Virus record (IMG/VR): IMGVR_UViG_3300037851_001367
DNA: 55,105 nt
Strand: one strand, 5' to 3'
Source: an uncultured virus (IMG/VR IMGVR_UViG_3300037851_001367)
Lineage: Duplodnaviria; Heunggongvirae; Uroviricota; Caudoviricetes
The notes below the pieces were generated by a model. It made no database searches and had not been told where the DNA came from. It worked only from the letters and a program-made list of their open reading frames with translations. Position 1 is the stretch's first letter. Every line of letters starts with the position of its first letter. Of this stretch, positions 19,153 to 27,034 are shown piece by piece. Both the position numbers and the translations under genes were made by a program.

Positions 19153-19384
19153 GCGACCGAAGAAAGCCTCCGCCGGAAAGCCCCTCACCATGACGGAGGA
19201 GGTTGCGCGCCAGCGCGACGCCGACGCCAGGAGGGGACTCCGCGCCCTGTCCCAGGTTGAGACTGTCAAGCGGATCCTGACCGAGGGCCTCAAATACCAT
19301 GAGCACGACGGCCACAACATGCCGAAGAGGGTCGCCCGTGAGGCGCTGGAGGCCCTCGGTGTAAAGCGTGAGGACCAACCCTAG
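19136..19384 (+). CDS. Hypothetical protein
   Basis: 82-aa ORF in the operon. Confidence 0.6.
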   Translation: MFMPSKRPKKASAGKPLTMTEEVARQRDADARRGLRALSQVETVKRILTEGLKYHEHDGHNMPKRVAREALEALGVKREDQP

Positions 19385-19394
19385 GAGGGGACCC

Positions 19395-19985
19395 GTGGCG
19401 AGACTCAGGAGCAAGGCCCGACGGCAGCAGCGCAAGCGCAAGGACCCCTACGCGGACGACAAGTTCGTCGTGGTGAAGTCCCAGACCGGGCGCCTCAAGC
19501 CCGGCATCTACAAGCGCCGGGTGTCCGTCGACGGCGACATCGCCTTCGTTCATCCGCGCGAGGGGTGCGCCAAGGCGGACATGGTTCCGGCCTCGCACGT
19601 CTTCGACGTCAAGGAGAAGGCCGACGCCTTCTTCACCGCCGAGGGAGAGCTTCAGTGGGTCGTCATGAAGGACGACGATGACGACGAGATGCCCGAGGTC
19701 TTCGAGGCGCGCGTCCGCAGCTACGTCAGCAAGCGGTCCTATGACCGCTGGTCGCGCGAGGTTCAGGTCATCGCCCGCACGGACGGCAAGCCCGTCTCGC
19801 AGCGCTGGGGGACACGGGCTTTCAGCACGGAGCGTGAGGCCCTCCGTTACATGCTCAAGAGGGTGGGCGACGGTATCAAGGAGGCCGACGCCAAGATTGA
19901 ACAACAGCAGGCCCGCAAGAAGGGCTTCCTCAAGATCCAGCGCCGCATCAAGGAGCTCGGAATCAAGCGCGGGCTCGCGGACTGA
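19395..19985 (+). CDS. Hypothetical protein
   Basis: GGAGG Shine-Dalgarno before GTG 19395; basic termini, C-terminal coiled coil. Confidence 0.7.
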   Translation: MARLRSKARRQQRKRKDPYADDKFVVVKSQTGRLKPGIYKRRVSVDGDIAFVHPREGCAKADMVPASHVFDVKEKADAFFTAEGELQWVVMKDDDDDEMPEVFEARVRSYVSKRSYDRWSREVQVIARTDGKPVSQRWGTRAFSTEREALRYMLKRVGDGIKEADAKIEQQQARKKGFLKIQRRIKELGIKRGLAD

Positions 19986-20002
19986 CTGCCCGGAAAGAGA
20001 GC

Positions 20003-20587
20003 GTGGTTATGATGGAGGCTGGAGTCGTCATCGCGGGAGGCAAGCCGGTATTCTGGCACCTCCCTAAGGGTAGGACCTCCGGGTCGCTGCCGGACAGCCG
20101 CGACCTCTGGGACGTGCTGTGGGAGCACCGCGGGACGCTCGACGGCTTCGCGCATTCTCACCCTGGTTCCGGAGTCCCTGGCCCTTCGCACACGGACGTG
20201 ACTACGTTCCTCGCCGTAGAGCGCGCCCTTGGGCGGCGGCTCAGGTGGTGGATCACGAGCCGTGACCGGACGGTGCTCGTTCGCGACGACGGGCACGGAC
20301 GTCCTTTTGAGGGGAAGTACACGGTCTTTGAGGTCAAGCTGGAAAACGAGCCTGACTGGATCTGGAAGCTGCGCGAGCACTCCTACGTGCCCGAGCCCCG
20401 CGTCCCGGACGGGATCGACGAGGTCGACGTGGACGGGAAGGTCGACGCGAAGGGTGTTCGTTTTGTCGGAAAGGCCCGGCGCCAGCCCGACGGGACCTGG
20501 AGAGCGCTCGCCGACGTCGGCGGCGCGCTCTGCCTGGTCGAGTGCACGGTGACCGCTTGGCCCGTGCAGTGTAAATCGTCGTCATAG
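20003..20587 (+). CDS. JAB/MPN (JAMM) metallo-isopeptidase
   Basis: N-terminal E (MEAG) plus HSHP-x6-PS-x2-D (HSHPGSGVPGPSHTD). Confidence 0.88.
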   Translation: MVMMEAGVVIAGGKPVFWHLPKGRTSGSLPDSRDLWDVLWEHRGTLDGFAHSHPGSGVPGPSHTDVTTFLAVERALGRRLRWWITSRDRTVLVRDDGHGRPFEGKYTVFEVKLENEPDWIWKLREHSYVPEPRVPDGIDEVDVDGKVDAKGVRFVGKARRQPDGTWRALADVGGALCLVECTVTAWPVQCKSSS

Positions 20588-20608
20588 AGACGTAGAGAGG
20601 AGACTGAG

Positions 20609-20878
20609 ATGGTCGACATGGTAATTGCCGCGAACCAGGCGCGGGTCAACGTAACCTGGGCGGGGAAGAACGGCGACCTGCCGGATCCGGTCTCCTTCGA
20701 CGCGACGGACGGCGACGTGAAGCAGTGGATCACGGAGGCCGTCCGTGGCGGGAACATTCCGGGCATCGACGCCGATCCGGCGGCGAACTTCGGCGACTTC
20801 GTCGTCGAGCGCTTCAACGCGCACCCGGAGGTCCCGTACAACCGGATCGTCATCCGGCCGAAGACCCCGTTCGGCTGA
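20609..20878 (+). CDS. Putative ubiquitin-like (beta-grasp) protein
   Basis: 89 aa, beta-beta-alpha-like pattern, ends in a beta strand followed by RPKTPFG (terminal Gly); lies between JAB and E1. Confidence 0.65.
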   Translation: MVDMVIAANQARVNVTWAGKNGDLPDPVSFDATDGDVKQWITEAVRGGNIPGIDADPAANFGDFVVERFNAHPEVPYNRIVIRPKTPFG

Positions 20879-21168
20879 TGTCCCGCAACGTCCGTTGGAC
20901 CTTGCAGGCCCTGAACCGGGCCCGCAAGTCCGGCGACCAGGCTGAGGTCGGGCGGCTAAACTCGATACTGGAGGCCGCGCAGGCTCGGTGCTCACACGCC
21001 GCGCCTCGCGGCAGCCAGAGGCTGAAGGAGGACTCCAAGAATGGCAAGTACCAAAAGAACGGCGTCCTCCACTGGTGCCTCCTCTGCGGCAAAACGACGG
21101 GGTACGACCCGCCCGTTGTCGAAGGCGGCGAAGGAGCTGGCCGTGATGATGGACGCAATCAAGCGTGA
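20878..21168 (+). CDS. Hypothetical protein with CxH...CxxC
   Basis: TGATG-coupled to the Ubl gene. Confidence 0.6.
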   Translation: MSRNVRWTLQALNRARKSGDQAEVGRLNSILEAAQARCSHAAPRGSQRLKEDSKNGKYQKNGVLHWCLLCGKTTGYDPPVVEGGEGAGRDDGRNQA

Positions 21169-21358
21169 TCACGAGTCGTTCTTCGGAATGGGCAAGTTCG
21201 CCTGCAAGAGGAAGCTCTCGAACGGCGCGGTCGTACGGGTCTCCATCACGATGCCGAAGCTGCCCGCCAAGAGCGCGCAGGAGCAGGCCGTCGAGGACAT
21301 CAACGCGGGGCGAATCCCGCACAACAAGCACACGTGTCCGGGCTGTCCGATTCACTGA
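21143..21358 (+). CDS. Small hypothetical protein
   Basis: AAGGAG Shine-Dalgarno; C-terminal H..HTCPGC. Confidence 0.55.
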   Translation: MMMDAIKRDHESFFGMGKFACKRKLSNGAVVRVSITMPKLPAKSAQEQAVEDINAGRIPHNKHTCPGCPIH

Positions 21359-21370
21359 AAGGAGGGCGTC

Positions 21371-21943
21371 ATGAAGATTGTCATCATCGGCGTGGGCGCC
21401 CTCGGCTCGCACCTCGTCCCGCTCCTGCGGAACGTGAAGGCGGACGTCAAGGTCGTCGACTTCGACCGCGTCGAGCAGAAGAACGTCATGTCCCAGTTCC
21501 ACGCCAAGGCGTCGGTCGGGACGCTCAAGGTCCAGGGCCTGAAGCAGAACCTCCAGTTCCTCTTCGGCATGAAGATCGAGACGAACTCGAACAAGCTCGT
21601 GGCGGAGAACTGCGACCAGGTGCTCTCGGGCGCCGACCTCGTGGTCGACTGCCTCGACAACGGCGCGGCCCGCAGGCTCGTCCAGGGCTTCGTCCGCAAG
21701 AACGGCGTGGCCTGCGTCCACGGAGCCCTCGCTCCCGACGGCGCGTTCGGCCAGGTCCGCTGGGACGAGGGATTCGTCATCGACGACGAGTCGGCGGACG
21801 CCAAGGCCACGTGCGAGGACGGCGAGCACCTGCCGTTCATCTCGCTGGTCTCCTCGATCCTCGCGAAGTCCGTCCAGGAGTTCGTCGAGGGCGGCAAGAA
21901 GCGCGGGTGGATGGTCCACCCGGGCGGAGTCTCGCAAGTGTAA
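21371..21943 (+). CDS. ThiF/E1-family adenylyltransferase
   Basis: GVGALGS, DFDRVEQKN..SQ, VDCLDN; candidate catalytic Cys in ATCED. Confidence 0.9.
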   Translation: MKIVIIGVGALGSHLVPLLRNVKADVKVVDFDRVEQKNVMSQFHAKASVGTLKVQGLKQNLQFLFGMKIETNSNKLVAENCDQVLSGADLVVDCLDNGAARRLVQGFVRKNGVACVHGALAPDGAFGQVRWDEGFVIDDESADAKATCEDGEHLPFISLVSSILAKSVQEFVEGGKKRGWMVHPGGVSQV

Positions 21944-21994
21944 CCTTGACGAGAGCCGTCGAAAGAGTTACGGTTCGCAAGCCCCGCCGTCGCT

Positions 21995-22001
21995 GTACGG
22001 T
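21995..22001 (+). promoter_or_regulatory. GTANNNT (-10-like) element upstream of the tRNA-mimic array
   Basis: GTACGGT, 8 nt before the first RNA unit; same motif precedes many ORFs. Confidence 0.55.
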
Positions 22002-22009
22002 GGGCATAC

Positions 22010-22144
22010 GAGGGACAGGGGGCTGGGCCCCAACCAGAAGGTAAATCTGGTGCCATAGGCACTAAGGCGTCTTCACTCGGGCCGGCGACGGTCCACCAGA
22101 TGGCTCCCACACGCTCGCCTGGGTTCGAATCCCAGGGTCCCTCA
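22010..22144 (+). ncRNA. tRNA-mimic unit 1 (type A: module inserted in the variable arm)
   Basis: GAGGGAC/GTCCCTC acceptor, T-arm, CACTCG-hairpin-CACCAG...CACACGC. Confidence 0.8.
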
Positions 22145-22146
22145 CC

Positions 22147-22290
22147 GTTCGACGTCCACCAGGTCAGATCTCACAAGCAAATGCGGGTTCGAGTCCCGCC
22201 GTCTCGGCTCCGCCGGGGTGTGGCGTAATTGGCAAACGCACTTTCATAGCAAGAAAGAAAGCAACAAGATCTCCCACTCGGACGTTGAAC
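22147..22290 (+). ncRNA. tRNA-mimic unit 2 (type B: module closes the ends; circularly permuted tRNA inside)
   Basis: terminal stem GTTCGACGTCC/GGACGTTGAAC; internal order T-arm, looped acceptor, D-arm, anticodon arm. Confidence 0.8.
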
Positions 22291-22296
22291 TATTCT

Positions 22297-22427
22297 GCCG
22301 GATCACAGAGGCTCGGCTGCCTCGTTTCCCTATCACGGAAAAGAACACCAGCGTTGCCACTCAGGCCCTCACGGGCCTCCCAGGCGGCTCTCACAAGCTC
22401 GGGGTTCGACTCCCCAATCCGGCGCCA
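22297..22427 (+). ncRNA. tRNA-mimic unit 3 (type A)
   Basis: GCCGGAT/ATCCGGC-G-CCA; CACTCA...CCAGG...CACAAGC. Confidence 0.78.
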
Positions 22428-22520
22428 GAACGGCCCACCAGGTAAGCGCTCACACGCTGGCTAAGCAAGCCGGCAGGCCCGCAGTGGCCTCCGGCAAGCG
22501 CCTCCACTCGGACCGGTCTG
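22426..22520 (+). ncRNA. Unit 4 (type B, short, no tRNA arms)
   Basis: terminal stem, CACCAG...CACACGC...CACTCG, two small hairpins. Confidence 0.7.
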
Positions 22521-22527
22521 AACTTAT

Positions 22528-22655
22528 GGCGGTTTTGGGACTGGCGTCCCACTTTCTCTGAACAAGAAAGCCCAAACCTGCCGCTCCACTCGCTCCGGCA
22601 ACGGAGCACCAGGAACGTCACACAAGCTCCCGGGTTCGATTCCCGGAAACCGCCC
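22528..22655 (+). ncRNA. tRNA-mimic unit 5 (type A)
   Basis: GGCGGTT/AACCGCC acceptor, loop CTGAACA, module, T-arm. Confidence 0.8.
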
Positions 22656-22656
22656 C

Positions 22657-22777
22657 GAGAGGGCCACCAGGCGAACGTCCACACGCATAGCTCATTGGTA
22701 GAGCGCTTCCCTGATAAGGAAGAGGTTGGGACTTCGAAACTCCCTGCACTCAACAGACGCCGTCACTCGGCCCTCTC
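22657..22777 (+). ncRNA. tRNA-mimic unit 6 (type B, tRNA-Ile(GAT)-like arms)
   Basis: GAGAGGGCC/GGCCCTCTC terminal stem; D-arm, CTGATAA loop and T-like arm inside the module. Confidence 0.8.
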
Positions 22778-22814
22778 CAGCTTTTCTCTTAGACTCAGCG
22801 CTTCAACCCATGTG

Positions 22815-22939
22815 GGGGAAATTGGAACGTAGGTTCCAGCGCCGTCGCAAGACGGAGTTCCAGGCCATCCACTCGCCCCGGCAACGGGGCACCAGGCAGG
22901 CCTCACACGCTATTCCGGGTGCGACTCCCGGTTTCCCCT
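22815..22939 (+). ncRNA. tRNA-mimic unit 7 (type A, GCAA tetraloop in place of the anticodon loop)
   Basis: GGGGAAA/TTTCCCC acceptor, module, T-arm. Confidence 0.78.
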
Positions 22940-22952
22940 CATACCTACTCTC

Positions 22953-23091
22953 GCGGGACCACAGAGGCTCGGTGCCTCACCACCCTTCCACGGTGGAGCG
23001 AAAGCTCAACTCAGACAGACCACTCGGGCCGGTGACGGCCCACCAGGCCCGTCTCACAAGCAAACTTCGGGTTCGACTCCCGAGTCCCGCT
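22953..23091 (+). ncRNA. tRNA-mimic unit 8 (type A)
   Basis: GCGGGAC/GTCCCGC acceptor, loop CTTCCAC, module, T-arm. Confidence 0.8.
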
Positions 23092-23092
23092 C

Positions 23093-23216
23093 TGAAAGGA
23101 CCACCAGGTCAGCTCTCACAAGCATTGCCGAATGGATAAGGCATCTGACTGAAGATCAGACGTATGCGGGTTCGAGTCCCGCTGCTACCTACAAGAGCTT
23201 CCACTCGGTCCTTTCA
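23093..23216 (+). ncRNA. tRNA-mimic unit 9 (type B, tRNA-Phe(GAA)-like arms)
   Basis: TGAAAGGACC/GGTCCTTTCA terminal stem; D, anticodon and T arms inside. Confidence 0.8.
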
Positions 23217-23226
23217 AACCTCTCCC

Positions 23227-23406
23227 ATGACCGTAAAGAGCAAGAACGTGGTTACAAAGTTCCCCTGCGGAACCATCTACGTCGTCGGGCCGGCGGTCTT
23301 TGTCGGCAAAATGCCGGCGAAGGCCGTAGGCCTCGACAGCCCTGAGGTCACGGAGATACTTGAGGACCTGCAGGCGGTCCTCAAGGCAGGTAACGATCGT
23401 AACTGA
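23227..23406 (+). CDS. Small hypothetical protein inside the RNA array
   Basis: MTVKSKNVV..., 59 aa. Confidence 0.55.
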   Translation: MTVKSKNVVTKFPCGTIYVVGPAVFVGKMPAKAVGLDSPEVTEILEDLQAVLKAGNDRN

Positions 23407-23416
23407 CACGAATTAT

Positions 23417-23556
23417 GCCGGATCACAGGGGCTCGGTTGCCCCGCCTTCAATGGATGAAGGAGCCTAAACAGCTCACATAGGCTTGACACTCGCCCGGGC
23501 AACCGGGCACCAGTCAGACCTCACACGCTCGGGTTCGACTCCCAAATCCGGCTCCA
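23417..23556 (+). ncRNA. tRNA-mimic unit 10 (type A)
   Basis: GCCGGAT/ATCCGGC-T-CCA, module, T-arm. Confidence 0.8.
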
Positions 23557-23571
23557 ACGTAAGGTGCGGCC

Positions 23572-23712
23572 ATGAAGTATACGGCCAAACACCTAGTCCT
23601 TCAGCTCCTGCACGAGGCCACGCGCGAAGTCGCGTGGTCCAAGTTCACGCCCAACGCGGTGTTCCGGGCGTGGTGCCGCCTCGGCGACGCCGCGTACGGC
23701 GGCCCGCGCTGA
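23572..23712 (+). CDS. Small hypothetical protein (46 aa)
   Basis: GTAAGGT-N6-ATG; MKYTAKHLVLQ... Confidence 0.5.
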   Translation: MKYTAKHLVLQLLHEATREVAWSKFTPNAVFRAWCRLGDAAYGGPR

Positions 23713-23725
23713 GTACCGTAGCGCG

Positions 23726-24322
23726 ATGCTACGCCGCGCCGTCGTCGCCCTCCTCCTGACCTGCTGCAGCGGATGCCCTCCCCACGGGCCCCCGCCGGAG
23801 CGCCAGCGCACGGAGCTCGACGCCGGCATCCCTCCCTACAACCGGGACGAATGGGGCCGGTGGTCGGACGCCGACCGCGACTGCCAGGACACGCGCCAGG
23901 AGGTCCTCATCGCCGAGAGCGAGGCTCCGGTGACCTTCGCGGACCCGGCCAAGCCGTGCCGCGTCGTCTCAGGCCGGTGGACTGACGTCTACTCCGGTCA
24001 GGTCTACACGCTCTCTTCGGACCTCCAGATCGATCACGTCGTCGCCCTGGAGGAGGCTCATAACGCGGGCGGGTGGCGCTGGACGCCGGAGCAGAAGAAG
24101 GCGTACTTCAACGACCTCGACAACCCGGGACACCTCGTCGCCGTCAGCCAGTCGTCGAACGCCTCGAAGGGCTCCCGTCCGCCGTCGCAGTGGATGCCGC
24201 CGAACGCGGCCTACCGCTGCGAGTACATCCGCCAGCGCGTGAGGATTTTCCAGAAGTACGGGCTTTCCTATGACTGCGCGGCCTACGTAGAGCTTGCGGC
24301 AACGCACTGCAGACAGCCATGA
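23726..24322 (+). CDS. Exported HNH nuclease (DUF1524-like)
   Basis: signal or lipobox-like N-terminus; IDHVVAL...LVAVSQSSNASKG...W.P. Confidence 0.8.
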   Translation: MLRRAVVALLLTCCSGCPPHGPPPERQRTELDAGIPPYNRDEWGRWSDADRDCQDTRQEVLIAESEAPVTFADPAKPCRVVSGRWTDVYSGQVYTLSSDLQIDHVVALEEAHNAGGWRWTPEQKKAYFNDLDNPGHLVAVSQSSNASKGSRPPSQWMPPNAAYRCEYIRQRVRIFQKYGLSYDCAAYVELAATHCRQP

Positions 24323-24513
24323 ACTTCAGCGAAGAGCAAAACGACGCCCTCGGGAGGCTTGAGGCAACGATGCGCCGCAGGGCCATCCGCCACATGGCCA
24401 TACCTGCCCCGTCCGGGAAGCTGACCCTCTTCCGGTCCGCCTACGACCTTCCCCTCACCCCTCCGGACCCTCCCACACTGAGGGACCTCGGTGGACCTCT
24501 TGTACAGGACTGA
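24319..24513 (+). CDS. Hypothetical protein
   Basis: ATGA-coupled ORF. Confidence 0.5.
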   Translation: MNFSEEQNDALGRLEATMRRRAIRHMAIPAPSGKLTLFRSAYDLPLTPPDPPTLRDLGGPLVQD

Positions 24514-24517
24514 AGGC

Positions 24518-24952
24518 ATGGACCCGAACCAGGTCTCCACCCATCTTCGCCACATCGCCGCCAAGATCGACCGCTCCGTTCAGCCGGACCGGCGGGCCGT
24601 GATGCGCGAGCTGCGGACCCTGGTGGCGTCGATGGAGCTGGCGTCGCAGAGCATGACGAGCCAGTGCTACACGGTCGGCATCTACGGCCAGCCCGGCTGC
24701 TCGTTCAAGCACGACGACGTCGACATGACCTCGATGATGGAGGCGCCCTTCCGCGAGGCCGGCGCGTCTCACTTCAGCTGGGTCAAGGGCGGCTGCCAGA
24801 TGATGGTCCCGCAGGAGGCCCTTCCGGCGGTCCTCCAGGCGCTGAAGGCGGCCCAGGAGGGCAGCTACGGCGACGACTACAAGAGCTTCTACGACGGCTT
24901 CCAGCACGAGTACACGCTCGACCCGACCGGTGCTCGCGTCATCGATCAGTGA
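24518..24952 (+). CDS. Hypothetical protein
   Basis: MDPNQVSTHLRHIAAKI..., strong GC3 bias. Confidence 0.7.
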   Translation: MDPNQVSTHLRHIAAKIDRSVQPDRRAVMRELRTLVASMELASQSMTSQCYTVGIYGQPGCSFKHDDVDMTSMMEAPFREAGASHFSWVKGGCQMMVPQEALPAVLQALKAAQEGSYGDDYKSFYDGFQHEYTLDPTGARVIDQ

Positions 24953-25218
24953 CGGTGCACGAGGTCCACGACGACCTCGTTACAGGACGGGACGCTCTCC
25001 TCTGACCCGTAGACGCGAAACTCCGCTCCCGGGACGGTGTAGCCCCGCATTGCCGTCTCCGGCCCGAGCGCGCGGTCCCACTCTCTTTTGACCGGCCACT
25101 GGAACTCCGTCCCGCACTTGCGGCACGTCCGGTGGACCCATCCGTTCTCGCCTCTCGGCCTGCGCCTTGGGCCGAAGACGTGTCCCTTCAGTCGATCCGG
25201 GACGTCGTAGACGCTCAC
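24946..25218 (-). CDS. Small Zn-finger-like protein with VxxVHxx tail
   Basis: GTAACCT-N5-GTG; HVF...CRKCG...CNEVVVDLVHRH-stop. Confidence 0.7.
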   Translation of the reverse strand: MSVYDVPDRLKGHVFGPRRRPRGENGWVHRTCRKCGTEFQWPVKREWDRALGPETAMRGYTVPGAEFRVYGSEESVPSCNEVVVDLVHRH

Positions 25219-25252
25219 CGCGAAGGTTACGCCTCCATTGGACTCTCTGGGC

Positions 25253-25498
25253 ATGGGCCAGCGCTACCGTGTGGTGCTTGAGGTCCTCTCGAACTTCGCG
25301 GGGGAGCCTGAGGCTGACGTCGAGCAGAAGACCATAAAGAGCTACCTGGAGAGCGTGGCGGGGGTCGGGGCCATTTCGGTCCTGTCCGTCGAACCGGCCC
25401 CGGAGCCTGCGGTCGTTCCGGAGGCGTTTGCGGCGACCGAGCCTCCGACGAAGACGGTGCGGAAGCCCCGCTTTCCAAAGGGAGTCAAGAAGGTGTAA
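25253..25498 (+). CDS. Hypothetical protein
   Basis: MGQRYRVVLEV... Confidence 0.6.
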   Translation: MGQRYRVVLEVLSNFAGEPEADVEQKTIKSYLESVAGVGAISVLSVEPAPEPAVVPEAFAATEPPTKTVRKPRFPKGVKKV

Positions 25499-25506
25499 CG
25501 TCGGGC

Positions 25507-25881
25507 ATGAACGAAGCCCGCCCCGAAGCCTTCAGCGCCCTCAACGAGCTCGCCGACCACGTCTACGACACGGCGCGGTCCAAGGGCTTCCACGACGAGC
25601 CGGTTCCGCTCTCCATCTCGACGGCGAACCTGCACTCCGAGGTCTCGGAGATGTGGGAGGCGTTCCGCAACAACAGCCTCCACTCGTTTTGCGACAAGTC
25701 CGAGAAGATGAAGGCGATCGGGCTCAACCCGCTCACCAACCTGGAGGAGGAGCTCGCCGACATCGTCATTCGCGCCCTCGACACGGCGCGGGAGAACGGC
25801 ATCGACATCGCGAACGCCGTCCGCGTCAAGGACGCCTACAACAAGTCGCGCCCGCACAAGAACGGTGGCAAGGCCGCGTGA
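25507..25881 (+). CDS. MazG-like NTP pyrophosphohydrolase
   Basis: HSEVSEMWEA...EEELADIVIR..D...K..YN..R all-alpha NTP-PPase motif. Confidence 0.85.
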   Translation: MNEARPEAFSALNELADHVYDTARSKGFHDEPVPLSISTANLHSEVSEMWEAFRNNSLHSFCDKSEKMKAIGLNPLTNLEEELADIVIRALDTARENGIDIANAVRVKDAYNKSRPHKNGGKAA

Positions 25882-26237
25882 GCGAAGAGGACGCCGCGCT
25901 CCTGCGTGAGCGAGTCCGCGCGGCCCTTCAGACTAGCACGGGCAAGACCCTCACCCAGGCCCTCAAGGACGCCGTCCCGTACGGCGATCACGACCTTCAG
26001 CTCACGTCGGTTGACGACCCGGCGACGCTCAAGATTGCCTGCGGGGTCCGCTGCCGAAAGTGCGGCTGGTACTTCCGCATCCACGTCGACTTGCTGGTCG
26101 GCGCCCGGAAGGCCGCCGACTCGGCAGTCCTGGAGGGAACGTTCTACCAGCTTCTCCGCCGGTTCGTGACGGAAGTGGACCAGGACTGCAGGACGGCACG
26201 GCTCATGGCCGTCGTCACGGACGTGCACGACCTCTGA
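25878..26237 (+). CDS. Zn-finger-like protein with VxxVHxx tail
   Basis: GTGA overlap; HDL...CRKCG...VVTDVHDL-stop. Confidence 0.7.
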   Translation: MSEEDAALLRERVRAALQTSTGKTLTQALKDAVPYGDHDLQLTSVDDPATLKIACGVRCRKCGWYFRIHVDLLVGARKAADSAVLEGTFYQLLRRFVTEVDQDCRTARLMAVVTDVHDL

Positions 26238-26238
26238 C

Positions 26239-26739
26239 TCACTTCTTGCTGGCCGCCGCCTTCTGGACCTTCTCGAAGCTCGGCGGCTCGACCCTCCCCG
26301 GCGGGTCGTGAAGCGGCGGAGGGGGCTCCGGAGCCTCGTCTCCGACGGCGAGCGCCACGAAGGTGCCGGCGTCGTGGTGGAAGGACGAGAGGCTGGCCGA
26401 GCTTGCCGGCGCCGGTGGGCGCCGAATCCGGATCACCGTCGTGGGCGCGGGCCCCGCACCGGCGTCGGCCGCGGACGGCATTGGTACTGAGGCGAACTGG
26501 ACGGCGGCCTCGGTGTAGCCGCGCAGGGCAACGAGGTCGTCATGGTTCTTCTGCGTCTGCTCCGAGAGCTGCTTGATCGCCGCGGTGAGCGTCTCGTAGC
26601 TCTCCTTGTTGACCGACTGGTCCTCCGGCTTCGCGAGCGCGCTGATCGCCGTTACGAGGGCGACGGCTGACGCCACCATCGACGCGACGTGCTTGAGGCG
26701 CGACTCGCGCAGGTTCTTCGCTTCAGACTCTTCCGACAT
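26239..26739 (-). CDS. Membrane-anchored coiled-coil protein
   Basis: TM helix, coiled coil ending LRGY, Pro-rich tail. Confidence 0.7.
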   Translation of the reverse strand: MSEESEAKNLRESRLKHVASMVASAVALVTAISALAKPEDQSVNKESYETLTAAIKQLSEQTQKNHDDLVALRGYTEAAVQFASVPMPSAADAGAGPAPTTVIRIRRPPAPASSASLSSFHHDAGTFVALAVGDEAPEPPPPLHDPPGRVEPPSFEKVQKAAASKK

Positions 26740-26779
26740 TGGCCACCTCGGTCAAAGTCGCTACCAACGTTCGAATGAC

Positions 26780-26861
26780 GGGACCGTGGAGGAATGGCAG
26801 ACTCGCCAGCTTGAGGTGCTGGTGCCTAAACAGCGTGAGGGTTCGACTCCCTCCGGTCCCA
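26780..26861 (+). tRNA. tRNA-Leu(GAG)
   Basis: cloverleaf with long variable arm. Confidence 0.9.
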
Positions 26862-26865
26862 CTAT

Positions 26866-26946
26866 GCTCACGTGGCGGAATGGCAGACGCACTCGCTTCA
26901 GGAGCGAGCGCCGCAGGGCGTGAGGGTTCGACTCCCTCCGTGAGCA
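26866..26946 (+). tRNA. tRNA-Leu(CAG)
   Basis: cloverleaf with long variable arm. Confidence 0.9.
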
Positions 26947-26956
26947 CTCATCTTAT

Positions 26957-27030
26957 GCTGCGGTAGCCCAACAGGCAGTGGCGCCGGACTCAGGTTCCGG
27001 ATGTTGTGGGTTCGAATCCCTCCCGCAGTA
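26957..27030 (+). tRNA. tRNA-Leu(CAG), short variable loop
   Basis: loop CTCAGGT, Leu-type D-loop, A73. Confidence 0.8.
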
Positions 27031-27034
27031 CTAC

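Noticed and set aside
22685..23185. Ordinary tRNA-Ile(GAT) and tRNA-Phe(GAA) inside the array
   Set aside because: They have only 3-4 bp of acceptor pairing, no CCA end, and are enclosed by the conserved module, so they are treated as mimics.
22010..23556. CRISPR array
   Set aside because: The shared motifs are only 6-7 nt, sit inside tRNA-like folds with irregular spacing, and no cas genes are present.
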